Positions 9,086 through 17,569 of a stretch of DNA of 64,000 nt are shown piece after piece. The stretch covers positions 2,287-66,286 of IMG/VR virus record IMGVR_UViG_3300043618_000034; one strand, given 5' to 3'. How positions within the stretch are numbered: the stretch's first letter is position 1; each line of letters begins with the position of its first letter. A model generated the notes under the pieces. The model made no database searches, was not told the origin of the DNA, and was given only the letters and a program-made list of their open reading frames with translations. The translations under genes and the position numbers were made by a program. The DNA comes from a virus (taxonomy: Duplodnaviria > Caudoviricetes).

Positions 9086-9348
9086 CGGACTGGAACGACT
9101 CCGCGAACTGCGCCACCGTCGGCGTCGACTTCATGTTCCCCGAGCATCGGGACAACGACGGGCGTCGTACGGCAGTGGAAATCTGCGACGCCTGCGACGT
9201 CCGCGAGAAATGCCTCAACGCCGCCTTGGCTGAGGAGGCGGGCAAGAACCGCTTCAACCGGTACGGCATCCGCGGCGGGTGCACCCCATCCCAGCGTGCA
9301 CGCCTCGAAACGCAGCGTGCGGCGGCCAGCCAGGAGGTGTCCGAATGA
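9082..9348 (+). CDS. whiB: WhiB-family Fe-S transcription factor
   Basis: C-x21-CDAC-x4-C (four Cys), YGIRGG turn, basic C-terminus. Confidence 0.9.
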   Translation: MTDWNDSANCATVGVDFMFPEHRDNDGRRTAVEICDACDVREKCLNAALAEEAGKNRFNRYGIRGGCTPSQRARLETQRAAASQEVSE

Positions 9349-9785
9349 AGATCCGCGCAGACGTCGCCGCGCTTCTCCGCGCCGGACTCTCCGACCGCGA
9401 GATTGCCCGACAACTCAAGGTCGACGCGAAAACGGTCGGCAGGAACCGCGAGCATCTCCGCATCGCCAAGTCTCGACCTGGGAGGCGGCCTGCTGCGGGG
9501 CCGCAAGAACTGTTCAGGAAGCGCACGCGCCCGACCGAGACGGGCGGCCACCTGGAGTGGACCGGCCACCGAAACAGCAGTGGTGTGCCCGCTTTCCGGT
9601 GGGCTGGCCACCTCGTCACGGCCACTCGGATCGCGTTCATTGCCCGCTACGAGCGGGAGCCCGTCGGCTACGTCCGCGCCACCTGCGGTCACCCGGGATG
9701 CGTCGCCCCCGACCACGTCGAGGACCGACCGATGCGGGCACGCAACAAGGCGACGTTCGACGCGATCTTCGGCGGGGCCACGTGA
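9345..9785 (+). CDS. HTH plus degenerate HNH/His-Me finger protein
   Basis: GLSDREIARQLKVDAKTV HTH; HLEWTG...TCGHPGCVAPDHV finger. Confidence 0.65.
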   Translation: MKIRADVAALLRAGLSDREIARQLKVDAKTVGRNREHLRIAKSRPGRRPAAGPQELFRKRTRPTETGGHLEWTGHRNSSGVPAFRWAGHLVTATRIAFIARYEREPVGYVRATCGHPGCVAPDHVEDRPMRARNKATFDAIFGGAT

Positions 9786-10003
9786 TCGCCCGCCGGCCGC
9801 GCCCGCAACCCCCGCCCACCGGAGTCCTCGACTGGCGCGACCCCTCGCACTGGTCGTGGCAGGCGAAGCAGTGCCGGTACTGCCCCGGCATGACGAACCT
9901 CCGCGACTCCCACGGCAAGCCCGCCCACAAATGTTGCGCCGAGGCAGCCCTCCAGCAGCAGGCAGCCGACGCGGCCGACGCCTACCAGAACGGGACCCTC
10001 TGA
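9782..10003 (+). CDS. Small Zn-binding hypothetical protein
   Basis: CRYC...AHKCC; overlaps at both ends. Confidence 0.65.
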   Translation: MIARRPRPQPPPTGVLDWRDPSHWSWQAKQCRYCPGMTNLRDSHGKPAHKCCAEAALQQQAADAADAYQNGTL

Positions 10004-10350
10004 TGGCCACCATCGTCCAGCCCACCGGCCCCCTCAACAAGGCCGCCCTCGCCGCGGCCGTCGCCGCCGAGCTCGGCACCACCACCCAGGAGGGCCACCT
10101 CGCCGTCGACGCCGTCCTCAACGCGATCACCCGCACCCTCGCCGCCGGACACAGCGTCAGCATCACGAACTTCGGCAGCTGGCACTCGGTACCTCGGCCT
10201 GCCCGCCAGACCCGCAACCCGCAGACCGGTGAATCGCTCACCGTCCCCGCCCGCCAGGGGATCCGCGTGCGGACCTCCCCGCGGCTCCGGGACCTCGTAC
10301 GGGCAGGCGACGTGACCGCCGCGTCGATCCGCAAGAACCCCAGCAGGTAG
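10003..10350 (+). CDS. HU-family DNA-binding protein
   Basis: NKAALAAAVA...VSITNFGSW...RPARQTRNPQTGESLTVPAR HU/IHF signature. Confidence 0.9.
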   Translation: MATIVQPTGPLNKAALAAAVAAELGTTTQEGHLAVDAVLNAITRTLAAGHSVSITNFGSWHSVPRPARQTRNPQTGESLTVPARQGIRVRTSPRLRDLVRAGDVTAASIRKNPSR

Positions 10351-10388
10351 CCCGCACCCGCCGACACGTACGAGAACGGACACCTCGA

Positions 10389-11198
10389 ATGACGATCAAC
10401 GCCGCCACCCTCCACCGCATGATCACCCAGACCACCCCGCACGTCAGCGACGACGACACCCTCCCCGTCATCCACTGCCTGCGCCTGGAAGCCGACGGCG
10501 GGCAGCTGTTCGCCGTCGCCAGCGACCGGTACACCCTGGCCGCCGCACGAGCCCAGTTCGACGAGGCTGCAACGTGGCAGGCCGCCATCCCCTTCGCTGA
10601 CATTCCTGCCGTCACCGCGTGGCTGGCAGCTCAGGGCTCGGACTCGGTCAGTCTCCAGGCCGACTCCGGCAACGGGACAACCACGCTCGCCCTGAGCACC
10701 GCGAACGGCACCCTGCGCATCGCCAGCACGGATAGCACGTACGAGAACTTCCCCAACTGGCGGTCGATCCTCCTCAAGAACCTGAACACGAAGACCGCCG
10801 CGATCCCCGTGACGTGCTTCACCTCGTCCTTCCTCGCCCGGTGGCAGCACGCAGCCACGCGGCTCCTGACGTGGCAGAACAGCCCCACGGGAATGCTGCT
10901 GGTCGTGGACCCCGGTGGCACGTTCATCGGCGCCCAGATGCCCGTCCGCCAGGACGAGTTCACCCGAAACGACCTCGTCGGCGACTGGACTCTCCGCCTC
11001 GCGCAGATCGCCTACGTGGAAGGGCAGAGCCACCGGCTCGACATCCCGTGGGAGGACAAGGACGGCGACCGCTGGGAGTACTCCGGCCGCCGCCGCAACG
11101 GTGAACCACTGATGCACATCGCCGAGTTCGGGGACGACCCGCACACCCTCGCTGACGTGATCGACCTGTTCGGGCCCATCCGCTCGGCCTCCGGCTGA
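10389..11198 (+). CDS. Beta sliding clamp-like protein with extra C-terminal domain
   Basis: DTLPVIHCLRLE...LFAVASDRYTLA and YENFPNWRSIL resemble DnaN repeats. Confidence 0.65.
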   Translation: MTINAATLHRMITQTTPHVSDDDTLPVIHCLRLEADGGQLFAVASDRYTLAAARAQFDEAATWQAAIPFADIPAVTAWLAAQGSDSVSLQADSGNGTTTLALSTANGTLRIASTDSTYENFPNWRSILLKNLNTKTAAIPVTCFTSSFLARWQHAATRLLTWQNSPTGMLLVVDPGGTFIGAQMPVRQDEFTRNDLVGDWTLRLAQIAYVEGQSHRLDIPWEDKDGDRWEYSGRRRNGEPLMHIAEFGDDPHTLADVIDLFGPIRSASG

Positions 11199-11279
11199 CC
11201 GTCCCCCGTGAACCGTCCGGGGCGGACGACTCCCCGCCCCGGACCACCAACCGCACACGCGCAACCGAGAGAAGGACCG

Positions 11280-12188
11280 TTGAGTCTCGAAGCCACCGTA
11301 TGGGCGCTCAAGTTCGCACCGCCCATGCCTCCGCAGCTGCTCGGCACACTGCTCGGCCTCGCCGATCACGCCGACAAGCGGGGACGTGGCGCGTACCCGT
11401 CCGTGCCCACCCTCGCGGCCTACACGTGCAAGGCGGAGCGGTCGGTTCAGCGGGACCTCAAGGAGCTGGCGAAGCTCGGTCTCATCCGGAGCGGCGATCA
11501 AGGGGCAGCAGCCCACATCCCCGCCGAGCGCCGACCGCATGTGTACGACCTAGCTGTGGAGAACACCGTTCCCGGCGGCCGCGCAGGCGCGGATGAGGTG
11601 ACGCGGACGTCACGGGTGACGCTGGCGTCATCCCGTGCACGAGGCGGACGCAAGAGCGCAGCTCAGAACGGTGAAGGGGTGACGCCCACGTCAGGGGTGA
11701 CGCCCACGTCACCCCCCGACGTCCACGTCACCCCCGGGGTGACGCCCACGTCCGAGTGGGGTGACGCCCACGTCGCAACCGGGGTGACGCCCACGTCACC
11801 CAAACCGTCCTTTGAACCACCCACTAACCGTCAGTTGAACCAGGAGGGGGCTGGAGTCGGCTTCAACCTCACCGCCCCCATCGACCTCGACAGCTTCACC
11901 CTCACCGACTCGATGCGCCGCTGGGCTCACGCCACATACCCCGGCCACGACATCGAGCACTCCACCAACCAGTTCGTCAGCCACTACAGATCCACCGGCG
12001 CCCGCCGCCAGTCCTGGCCCGACGCCTGGCAGAAGTGGATCCGCGACGACGCCAAGCGCGCAGCAGAACGCCGCCCCAGCAACGTCGTCCAACTGCCCTC
12101 CGGCCAGACCCTCACCGGCACCGACGCCAAGGTCGCCGGATGGCTGGCCATCTCCGAGCAACTCCGCCAGGAAGAAGGCTCCGCATGA
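11280..12188 (+). CDS. Replication initiator (N-terminal winged HTH, lambda O-like arrangement)
   Basis: LLGLADHAD...AYPSVPTLAAYTCKAERSVQRDLKEL; internal iteron array; C-terminal WPDAWQKWIR; TTG start with GAAGGA SD. Confidence 0.85.
   Translation: MSLEATVWALKFAPPMPPQLLGTLLGLADHADKRGRGAYPSVPTLAAYTCKAERSVQRDLKELAKLGLIRSGDQGAAAHIPAERRPHVYDLAVENTVPGGRAGADEVTRTSRVTLASSRARGGRKSAAQNGEGVTPTSGVTPTSPPDVHVTPGVTPTSEWGDAHVATGVTPTSPKPSFEPPTNRQLNQEGAGVGFNLTAPIDLDSFTLTDSMRRWAHATYPGHDIEHSTNQFVSHYRSTGARRQSWPDAWQKWIRDDAKRAAERRPSNVVQLPSGQTLTGTDAKVAGWLAISEQLRQEEGSA
11598..11801 (+). repeat. Iteron array, probable phage replication origin
   Basis: GGGGTGACGCCCACGTC at 11676, 11694, 11736, 11758, 11781; degenerate GTGAC-N6-GTCA at 11598 and 11616; followed by a less GC-rich tract. 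Confidence 0.8.
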
Positions 12189-12574
12189 CCAGCACTACAC
12201 CTGCTGCCACCGAGTTCCTGTACGAGCTGTGGGACGCCAACTGGGACGACGGCCCCGTGGGCAACTGGCAGATCCTCGCTCACCCGATCACGAAGAAGAC
12301 CACCAAGAGGATCTACTTCGAGTACCTCAACGGCCGGAAGGGCTTCGTCGACCGTCAGAAGATCGAGACCGACGGCGAGATCTACCACGGCTACACGCTC
12401 CGTCGCCTGCATCTGTCGCTGCCGGAGATCCCTCACCAGCTTGAGTCGACCCCGCTCGCCGAGCTGAAGCAGGCAATGGCCGACGCGCATCCGGACCGTG
12501 GCGGCACCGACGCGACGTTCATCGCGGCTCGCACCCGCTACGAGCGCGCCAAAGTTCAGGGGGCAGGCCGGTGA
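12185..12574 (+). CDS. Hypothetical protein with C-terminal J-domain-like HPD motif
   Basis: LAELKQAMADAHPDRGGTDATFIAARTRYERAK. Confidence 0.7.
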   Translation: MTSTTPAATEFLYELWDANWDDGPVGNWQILAHPITKKTTKRIYFEYLNGRKGFVDRQKIETDGEIYHGYTLRRLHLSLPEIPHQLESTPLAELKQAMADAHPDRGGTDATFIAARTRYERAKVQGAGR

Positions 12575-13326
12575 ACGCCAACGAAGCCGCCGAACTCCTC
12601 GCCCACTGCTCCGGGTTCGACAACCGGCAACCCTCCGTCGCCGCCGCCCACTCCTGGGCCGCAGCCCTCCACGACGTGCCCCTCGACGCCGACACCAAGA
12701 ACGCCGTCGCCGCCTACTACACAACCGCCCCCAAAGACCCAGACGCCCGGCTGTGGATCTACCCGCACCACGTCCGCACCCTCCGCGCGAAGATCCGCAA
12801 CCAGCGCCTGGCCAACTTCCAGTACGAACCCCTCGGCGACGAGACCACCGCCGCCTACCTCACCCGCTACCGCGGCCAAGTCCAAGCCATCGCCGGTGGA
12901 CACGTCCCGCCGCCCGCAGGCCGACTCGCCCTCGACGGCGGCCCCGACCGCAACGTCCTCGCCGAGCTGGAGGCCCGGGGCTGGCAGGGCAATCGCGCCG
13001 TCGCCGACGAGACCCCCGTAGACGCCGAACTCGTCGACACCGTCCGCCGATCCGGCCCCCTCGGTGTCGAGTGCCCCACCTGTCACGCCGCCCTCGGCCG
13101 CCCCTGCAAGGCCGCTGGAGGCAGCAGCAAGCAGCCCCTGGGCAAGACCCGCCCCACACCCCACAACGCCCGCCGCAGAGCCGCACAGGGCCGCGACGAA
13201 CTCCCCGCCGCCGAACTCGCCGCCCGCGAACAACGCATCCGCGACGCCTCAGCCCGAGCCCTCCAACGCCCCACCCCCAACCAGAACACCTCCGACGCCG
13301 AACTCATCGACAGCGAGGCGTCATGA
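12571..13326 (+). CDS. Replication protein: helicase loader/inhibitor-like N-terminus plus Zn finger
   Basis: EAAELLAHCSGFDNRQPS...W..AL.DV...A..AV..YY pattern; CPTC...PC...H; follows the initiator. Confidence 0.6.
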   Translation: MNANEAAELLAHCSGFDNRQPSVAAAHSWAAALHDVPLDADTKNAVAAYYTTAPKDPDARLWIYPHHVRTLRAKIRNQRLANFQYEPLGDETTAAYLTRYRGQVQAIAGGHVPPPAGRLALDGGPDRNVLAELEARGWQGNRAVADETPVDAELVDTVRRSGPLGVECPTCHAALGRPCKAAGGSSKQPLGKTRPTPHNARRRAAQGRDELPAAELAAREQRIRDASARALQRPTPNQNTSDAELIDSEAS

Positions 13327-13484
13327 CCGGCGCACCCCGCCCCGACAACCTCCGCCGTGCTCCCACCCCCGAACTCGCCGTCGCCTGCCCCTACTGCCAC
13401 GCCCGCCCCGGCACCCGCTGTACGAACCGTCGCGGCCGGTACCTCACCGACACCCACGCCAGCCGCAAGGAAGCCCGCCGATGA
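13323..13484 (+). CDS. Small Zn-finger protein
   Basis: CPYCHARPGTRC...H. Confidence 0.65.
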   Translation: MTGAPRPDNLRRAPTPELAVACPYCHARPGTRCTNRRGRYLTDTHASRKEARR

Positions 13485-13711
13485 CCGCCACCCACCGGTG
13501 CCCGCCGAACTGCCACCGCTGCCCCGACCTCGACGACGACGCCATGCCGTACTGCACCGGCACCGCCGCAAACCAGGGCCAGCCCGAAACCAACCGGCTC
13601 CTCACCTGGTGCACCTGCGCCGCCAACCACACCCTCCCCGCCGAGGACCACCAGGCCGCCCGCATCGCCGCACTCGAAGCGCGGCTCGCCGAACTGGAGG
13701 CACGCCTGTGA
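13481..13711 (+). CDS. Cys-rich hypothetical protein
   Basis: Overlaps at both ends; C-terminal coiled coil. Confidence 0.6.
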   Translation: MTATHRCPPNCHRCPDLDDDAMPYCTGTAANQGQPETNRLLTWCTCAANHTLPAEDHQAARIAALEARLAELEARL

Positions 13712-13881
13712 CCCCCATCCCCGACGCCGCCCTCGCCATCGTCACCGCCGCACTCGACGACGCCGACACCCTCCACGAAACCGGACCCGCCCGAGCCGAC
13801 CGCGTCGCCCACTACCTGATCAGCAGCGGCTACACCATCACCCCCGACATCGACACCCGCGCCGAACCCACCGCCGCCTGA
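13708..13881 (+). CDS. Hypothetical protein
   Basis: GTGA overlap, GGAGG SD. Confidence 0.6.
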   Translation: MTPIPDAALAIVTAALDDADTLHETGPARADRVAHYLISSGYTITPDIDTRAEPTAA

Positions 13882-13923
13882 CCGCTCATCCGGTCCAACC
13901 ACCCACACCACGAGGAGCAGCAC

Positions 13924-14310
13924 GTGAGCAAGCGCACCGGCCGTCCTACCAGCGGCGACCCTCGTAAGAGCGGCGGCGACATCGCTGGCCCCGGCGGCCC
14001 CCACGACCGCGACAGCGTGATCGTCGACACCACCAACGCCGTCATCCTCGACCACTCCACCGTCACCCAGGTCGAGACCCTCACCGGCGCACCAGCGCTC
14101 GCGATGCTCCTCGAAGGCCGTATCGCACGAACACCCGACCGCGCCCGGAACCTCTACCTCATGAACGAGGACGGCGCCGCTGCGCTGGTGACCGAACTCA
14201 TCGCCCTCGCCCACCGCATGGGCCCCGAGTTCGGCGAACGGTTCACCGCACGCCTCCAGCACCTCATCGACACCAAGTCCTTCACTGGCGACCAGGGAGA
14301 CCCCTCATGA
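13924..14310 (+). CDS. Hypothetical protein
   Basis: GAGGAG SD; coupled downstream. Confidence 0.7.
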   Translation: MSKRTGRPTSGDPRKSGGDIAGPGGPHDRDSVIVDTTNAVILDHSTVTQVETLTGAPALAMLLEGRIARTPDRARNLYLMNEDGAAALVTELIALAHRMGPEFGERFTARLQHLIDTKSFTGDQGDPS

Positions 14311-14846
14311 CCGCACAGCCCCGCCGCTTCGCCCTCCAGCGTGACGTCGATGTGACCGGCGTGTCCGGAACGGGCGTCGTCGCCCTCGGCGTCCGCTGGC
14401 CCGACGGAACCGCGTCCGTCAGGTGGCTCGGCGACCGGCCGTCGACCGTGCACTGGGACCGCTTCGAGGACGCGGTCGCCGTCCACGGACACGGCGGGGC
14501 CACCCGCATCGTGTGGACCGACGAGGAGCTCGCCGACGGTGCGGAGCCCCGCCTCCGCGACCGCATCGCGCAGGCGCTCGCCGCCGATGACGGCCATCCC
14601 TGGGACACGCTCAGCATCAAGCCTCAGCAGCACTACCTCGACAACGCCGACGCGGTGCTGGCCGTACTCCCCAGGGGCGTCGACCGGGTGGCCGTACTGC
14701 GCGAGGCCGCTGCTGCTGCCTATCAACTCCCCACGCCCGACTGCGCGGAGATGGGCAGTCTTACGAGCGCGTGGAACCGCGGCGCTCACGCCGTCGCCGC
14801 CGAGCTCCGCCGCATGGCCGACGACGCCGAGGGGAGCGCCTCGTGA
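14307..14846 (+). CDS. Hypothetical protein (N-terminal domain paralogous to 17566..18021)
   Basis: RRFALQRDVDVTGVSGTGVVA...TRIVW. Confidence 0.75.
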   Translation: MTAQPRRFALQRDVDVTGVSGTGVVALGVRWPDGTASVRWLGDRPSTVHWDRFEDAVAVHGHGGATRIVWTDEELADGAEPRLRDRIAQALAADDGHPWDTLSIKPQQHYLDNADAVLAVLPRGVDRVAVLREAAAAAYQLPTPDCAEMGSLTSAWNRGAHAVAAELRRMADDAEGSAS

Positions 14847-14932
14847 TCGCCGTCCTGGCCGGAGCAGAGATCTGGCTCGTCGCGATGCTCCTCTGCGGCC
14901 ACTTCCTCTTCCCGCCCTGGAGGAAGCAATGA
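14843..14932 (+). CDS. Very small membrane peptide
   Basis: Hand translation MIAVLAGAEIWLVAMLLCGHFLFPPWRKQ; overlaps at both ends. Confidence 0.5.
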   Translation: MIAVLAGAEIWLVAMLLCGHFLFPPWRKQ

Positions 14933-15201
14933 CCACCGCCCTGATCGCCGTCGGCGCGCTCGCCCTCGGGTACGTCCTCGGCCGCGTCCGCCCCTTCGAT
15001 CAGCTCGACACCTGGGTCTGGCGGCGCATGACGTTCGGCGGCCCCTGGGTGCACTCCCGGACGCAACGGATCTTGACGTTCGCCGCGCACGGACTCGTCC
15101 GCCCCCGCGCCACGGTCTACGCCTGGCGCCACCGCAACGACCCACCCCCGACCGTCGACCCGCCCATCCGCGTCCGCAGGCTCACCCCGGAGGACCAGTG
15201 A
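14929..15201 (+). CDS. Membrane-anchored hypothetical protein
   Basis: N-terminal ALIAVGALALGYVLG; GGAGG SD. Confidence 0.65.
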   Translation: MTTALIAVGALALGYVLGRVRPFDQLDTWVWRRMTFGGPWVHSRTQRILTFAAHGLVRPRATVYAWRHRNDPPPTVDPPIRVRRLTPEDQ

Positions 15202-15401
15202 CCACCAGCCCCTGCTTCACCCGCTGTGGACGCGACCGTGCCCCCGGCCGCTACCTCTGCCGCGCCTGCTGGAACAAGATCCCCAGCCACTCCCGCCGCG
15301 CCCTCAACACCCGCGACTCCCACGCCATGACGCGGCTTCGTGCCCTGCACGCCCAGCTCAGCGCCGGGGTGCCGCTCGCCAAGATCGAGGTGTCACCGTG
15401 A
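15198..15401 (+). CDS. Small Zn-finger protein
   Basis: CFTRC...LCRACW. Confidence 0.65.
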   Translation: MTTSPCFTRCGRDRAPGRYLCRACWNKIPSHSRRALNTRDSHAMTRLRALHAQLSAGVPLAKIEVSP

Positions 15402-15811
15402 CCCGCTACGCCCGAACCCAACTCCTCCTCGGCGTCCTCACGATGGGCTCGGCCCTGTCCGCCGTGGAGTTCATCCGCCGCGGCCTCTACTGGCACGCCG
15501 CGTGCTGCGCGTTCGTCGCCGTGCTCCTCGCCGACGCGATGACCCGCACCGCCTACCACCACCGCATCGCCCGTAGACGCCTCTCTGCGGCCCTGGAACG
15601 TGCCGCCCGACCCCACGACACCCACCAGAGCGCCTACGCCCCGTGCTGCGCCATGTGGGCCGCCTCCCGCACCGTCCACTCCGGAACCTGCGGCATCGAC
15701 ACCCTCATGCGCAACCTCAACACCGTCTGCTGCGAACTCTGGTGGACGTCCGTCGGTACCACCCACGACCCCCAATGCCCCACCCGAACCAGGAAGGACC
15801 GAGCAGCATGA
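15398..15811 (+). CDS. Membrane protein with Cys-rich C-terminal repeats
   Basis: Two hydrophobic segments; PCCAMW...H...C and VCCELW...HD..C repeats. Confidence 0.65.
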   Translation: MTRYARTQLLLGVLTMGSALSAVEFIRRGLYWHAACCAFVAVLLADAMTRTAYHHRIARRRLSAALERAARPHDTHQSAYAPCCAMWAASRTVHSGTCGIDTLMRNLNTVCCELWWTSVGTTHDPQCPTRTRKDRAA

Positions 15812-16596
15812 CCGAGCCCACCACCGAGCAGCTCCTCCACCTCGTCGACCGCGCCGCCGACGGCCGACTCCTCCCCGACGAGGCCGCGTTGCTCCGCACG
15901 GAGATCGAGCAGCTCCTCACCGAACTCGACGGTCGCGACGAGGAGGCCCGCGAACGGTGGATCACCAAGCAGCTCGACGAGACCGGCATCCGGTCTATGG
16001 ACTTCCGCAACGGCATCGACATGGAACTGGCGCCCGCCCGCGACATGGTCGCCCAATGGGTCGGCGCCGCACGGGCCATGCTCGGCGACGCGGAGAACTA
16101 CACCGAGACGCCGATCGAGATGACCGTGAAGGTCGCCGAGGAACCGGAGCGGTACGCGTTCGTACTCCAGCGCGTCGGGAAGCTCACCCCGCACCAAGCG
16201 CGGCAGGCCGCCGAGGAGCGCGCCGAGCACGCCGAGTCCCAGCACTCCGAGGCCTGCCAGACCATCGCCGCCATGCACGCCGCCGCCATCGGCCACACCG
16301 GCGACGGACCTGCGCGCGGAGTGGTCGAGGACGTGGAGGACATACGGCTCCGCGTCGAGCAGGCCCAGGCCGCCGTCGCCCGCGTCCGCGCCCTCCACCA
16401 CCCCGTCGAGCACCGCGGGCAAATCATCTGCGCTGAGTGCTCCGCCTACGACGGCACCAGCAGCACCGACAACCCGCCCGCCCCGTGGCCCTGCCCGACG
16501 AATGGAGCGCTCGGACGCCCCGCCCCGGCAGGGACCGAAGAGACCAACTCCCCGATGTCCGCACGAACTCGAGCGACCGAAGCGACCCAGGAGTAG
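15808..16596 (+). CDS. Hypothetical protein
   Basis: AGGA SD; ATGA overlap; C-terminal CAEC...WPC. Confidence 0.75.
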   Translation: MTEPTTEQLLHLVDRAADGRLLPDEAALLRTEIEQLLTELDGRDEEARERWITKQLDETGIRSMDFRNGIDMELAPARDMVAQWVGAARAMLGDAENYTETPIEMTVKVAEEPERYAFVLQRVGKLTPHQARQAAEERAEHAESQHSEACQTIAAMHAAAIGHTGDGPARGVVEDVEDIRLRVEQAQAAVARVRALHHPVEHRGQIICAECSAYDGTSSTDNPPAPWPCPTNGALGRPAPAGTEETNSPMSARTRATEATQE

Positions 16597-16598
16597 AC

Positions 16599-17156
16599 GT
16601 GACACGAGTGTTTTACGACTGCGAGTTCATCGAGGACGGCAAGAGCATCGTCCTGATCAGCATCGGAATGGTCCGGGAGTCCGACGGCGCGGAGCTGTAC
16701 CTCGTGAACCGCGACATGCCCGTCAAGCGGATCAAGAAGCACCCCTTCCTGTCCAAGCACGTCTGGCCTTCGCTGCCACGGTTCCACGGCGAGCTCCGCA
16801 TCATCTACAAGGATCCGCTCAACGTGGCCGACCCCTGTGTGCAGCCACTACATGAAGTCGCCGCCCGTGTCCGCCGCTTCATCACCGACACCCCCGACGC
16901 ACAGCTATGGGCCTGGTACGGGGCCTACGACCACGTCGCCCTCGCCTGGCTGTACGGGCCCATGAGCGACCTGCCCACCGGCATTCCCATGTGGACCAAC
17001 GACCTCCGCCAGGAAGCCGAACGGCTCGGCAACCCCCAGCTCCCCGAGCAGGCCAGTGGGGTTCACAATGCGCTCGCCGACGCACGCCACAACCTCGTCC
17101 GCGCCCGGCATCTAGACGAGCTGGCTGGCCGGAACACCAACACCACGGAGGCATGA
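16599..17156 (+). CDS. RNase AS-like (Rv2179c-type) DEDDh 3'-5' exoribonuclease
   Basis: FYDCEFIEDG...LISIG, WAWYGAYDHV, HNALADARH motifs. Confidence 0.85.
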   Translation: MTRVFYDCEFIEDGKSIVLISIGMVRESDGAELYLVNRDMPVKRIKKHPFLSKHVWPSLPRFHGELRIIYKDPLNVADPCVQPLHEVAARVRRFITDTPDAQLWAWYGAYDHVALAWLYGPMSDLPTGIPMWTNDLRQEAERLGNPQLPEQASGVHNALADARHNLVRARHLDELAGRNTNTTEA

Positions 17157-17157
17157 A

Positions 17158-17382
17158 ATGCCCATCAGAGACGGCCAGACCTACACCTCCTGCGACCCAC
17201 GCGACAGCATCCACATCCGGATCGTGGCGTACACCCCCGGACACGACCGCGCCTGGGTCGCCGACGCCACCACCGGCAAGCGAGCCCGATGGGTGCAAGT
17301 GCGGTCGCTCCACGCCAGTGCCACCCGCGCCGACGGGCAGCCCCGCCGTACCGGATACGCACTCGACACCACGGAGGACTGA
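17158..17382 (+). CDS. Hypothetical protein
   Basis: GGAGG SD; ORF track. Confidence 0.7.
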   Translation: MPIRDGQTYTSCDPRDSIHIRIVAYTPGHDRAWVADATTGKRARWVQVRSLHASATRADGQPRRTGYALDTTED

Positions 17383-17383
17383 C

Positions 17384-17569
17384 ATGCCGAAACGCCCGAC
17401 CGGACACCGCGAACCCACCATCCACAACCGGGCCCTGATGGTGACCTGCCCCCGCTGCCGCTGCGTGCCAGGCGCCCCCTGCATGGACACCCGCGGCATG
17501 CGACTCAAGGAGGGCAAAGCTCACCGGGACCGCACCGCGCTCTACCTCGAACTGAAGGTGCAGTCATGA
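17384..17569 (+). CDS. Small Zn-finger protein
   Basis: CPRCRCVPGAPC...HRDR; GGAGG SD. Confidence 0.65.
   Translation: MPKRPTGHREPTIHNRALMVTCPRCRCVPGAPCMDTRGMRLKEGKAHRDRTALYLELKVQS

Noticed and set aside
9082-9348. WhiB as host-derived novelty
   Set aside because: WhiB genes are widespread in actinophages
9045-11540. 831-aa minus-strand ORF, and similar long antisense or off-frame ORFs (for example 38916..40628, 47551..49209, 53549..55531, 36962..38293, 61206..62591)
   Set aside because: Shadow ORFs of high-GC coding DNA; they overlap well-supported genes, have Arg/Gly/Pro-rich translations and show no motifs
11676-11797. Repeat array considered as CRISPR
   Set aside because: 17-bp units with spacers of 1-25 nt, in frame within a gene, and no cas operon; it fits iterons
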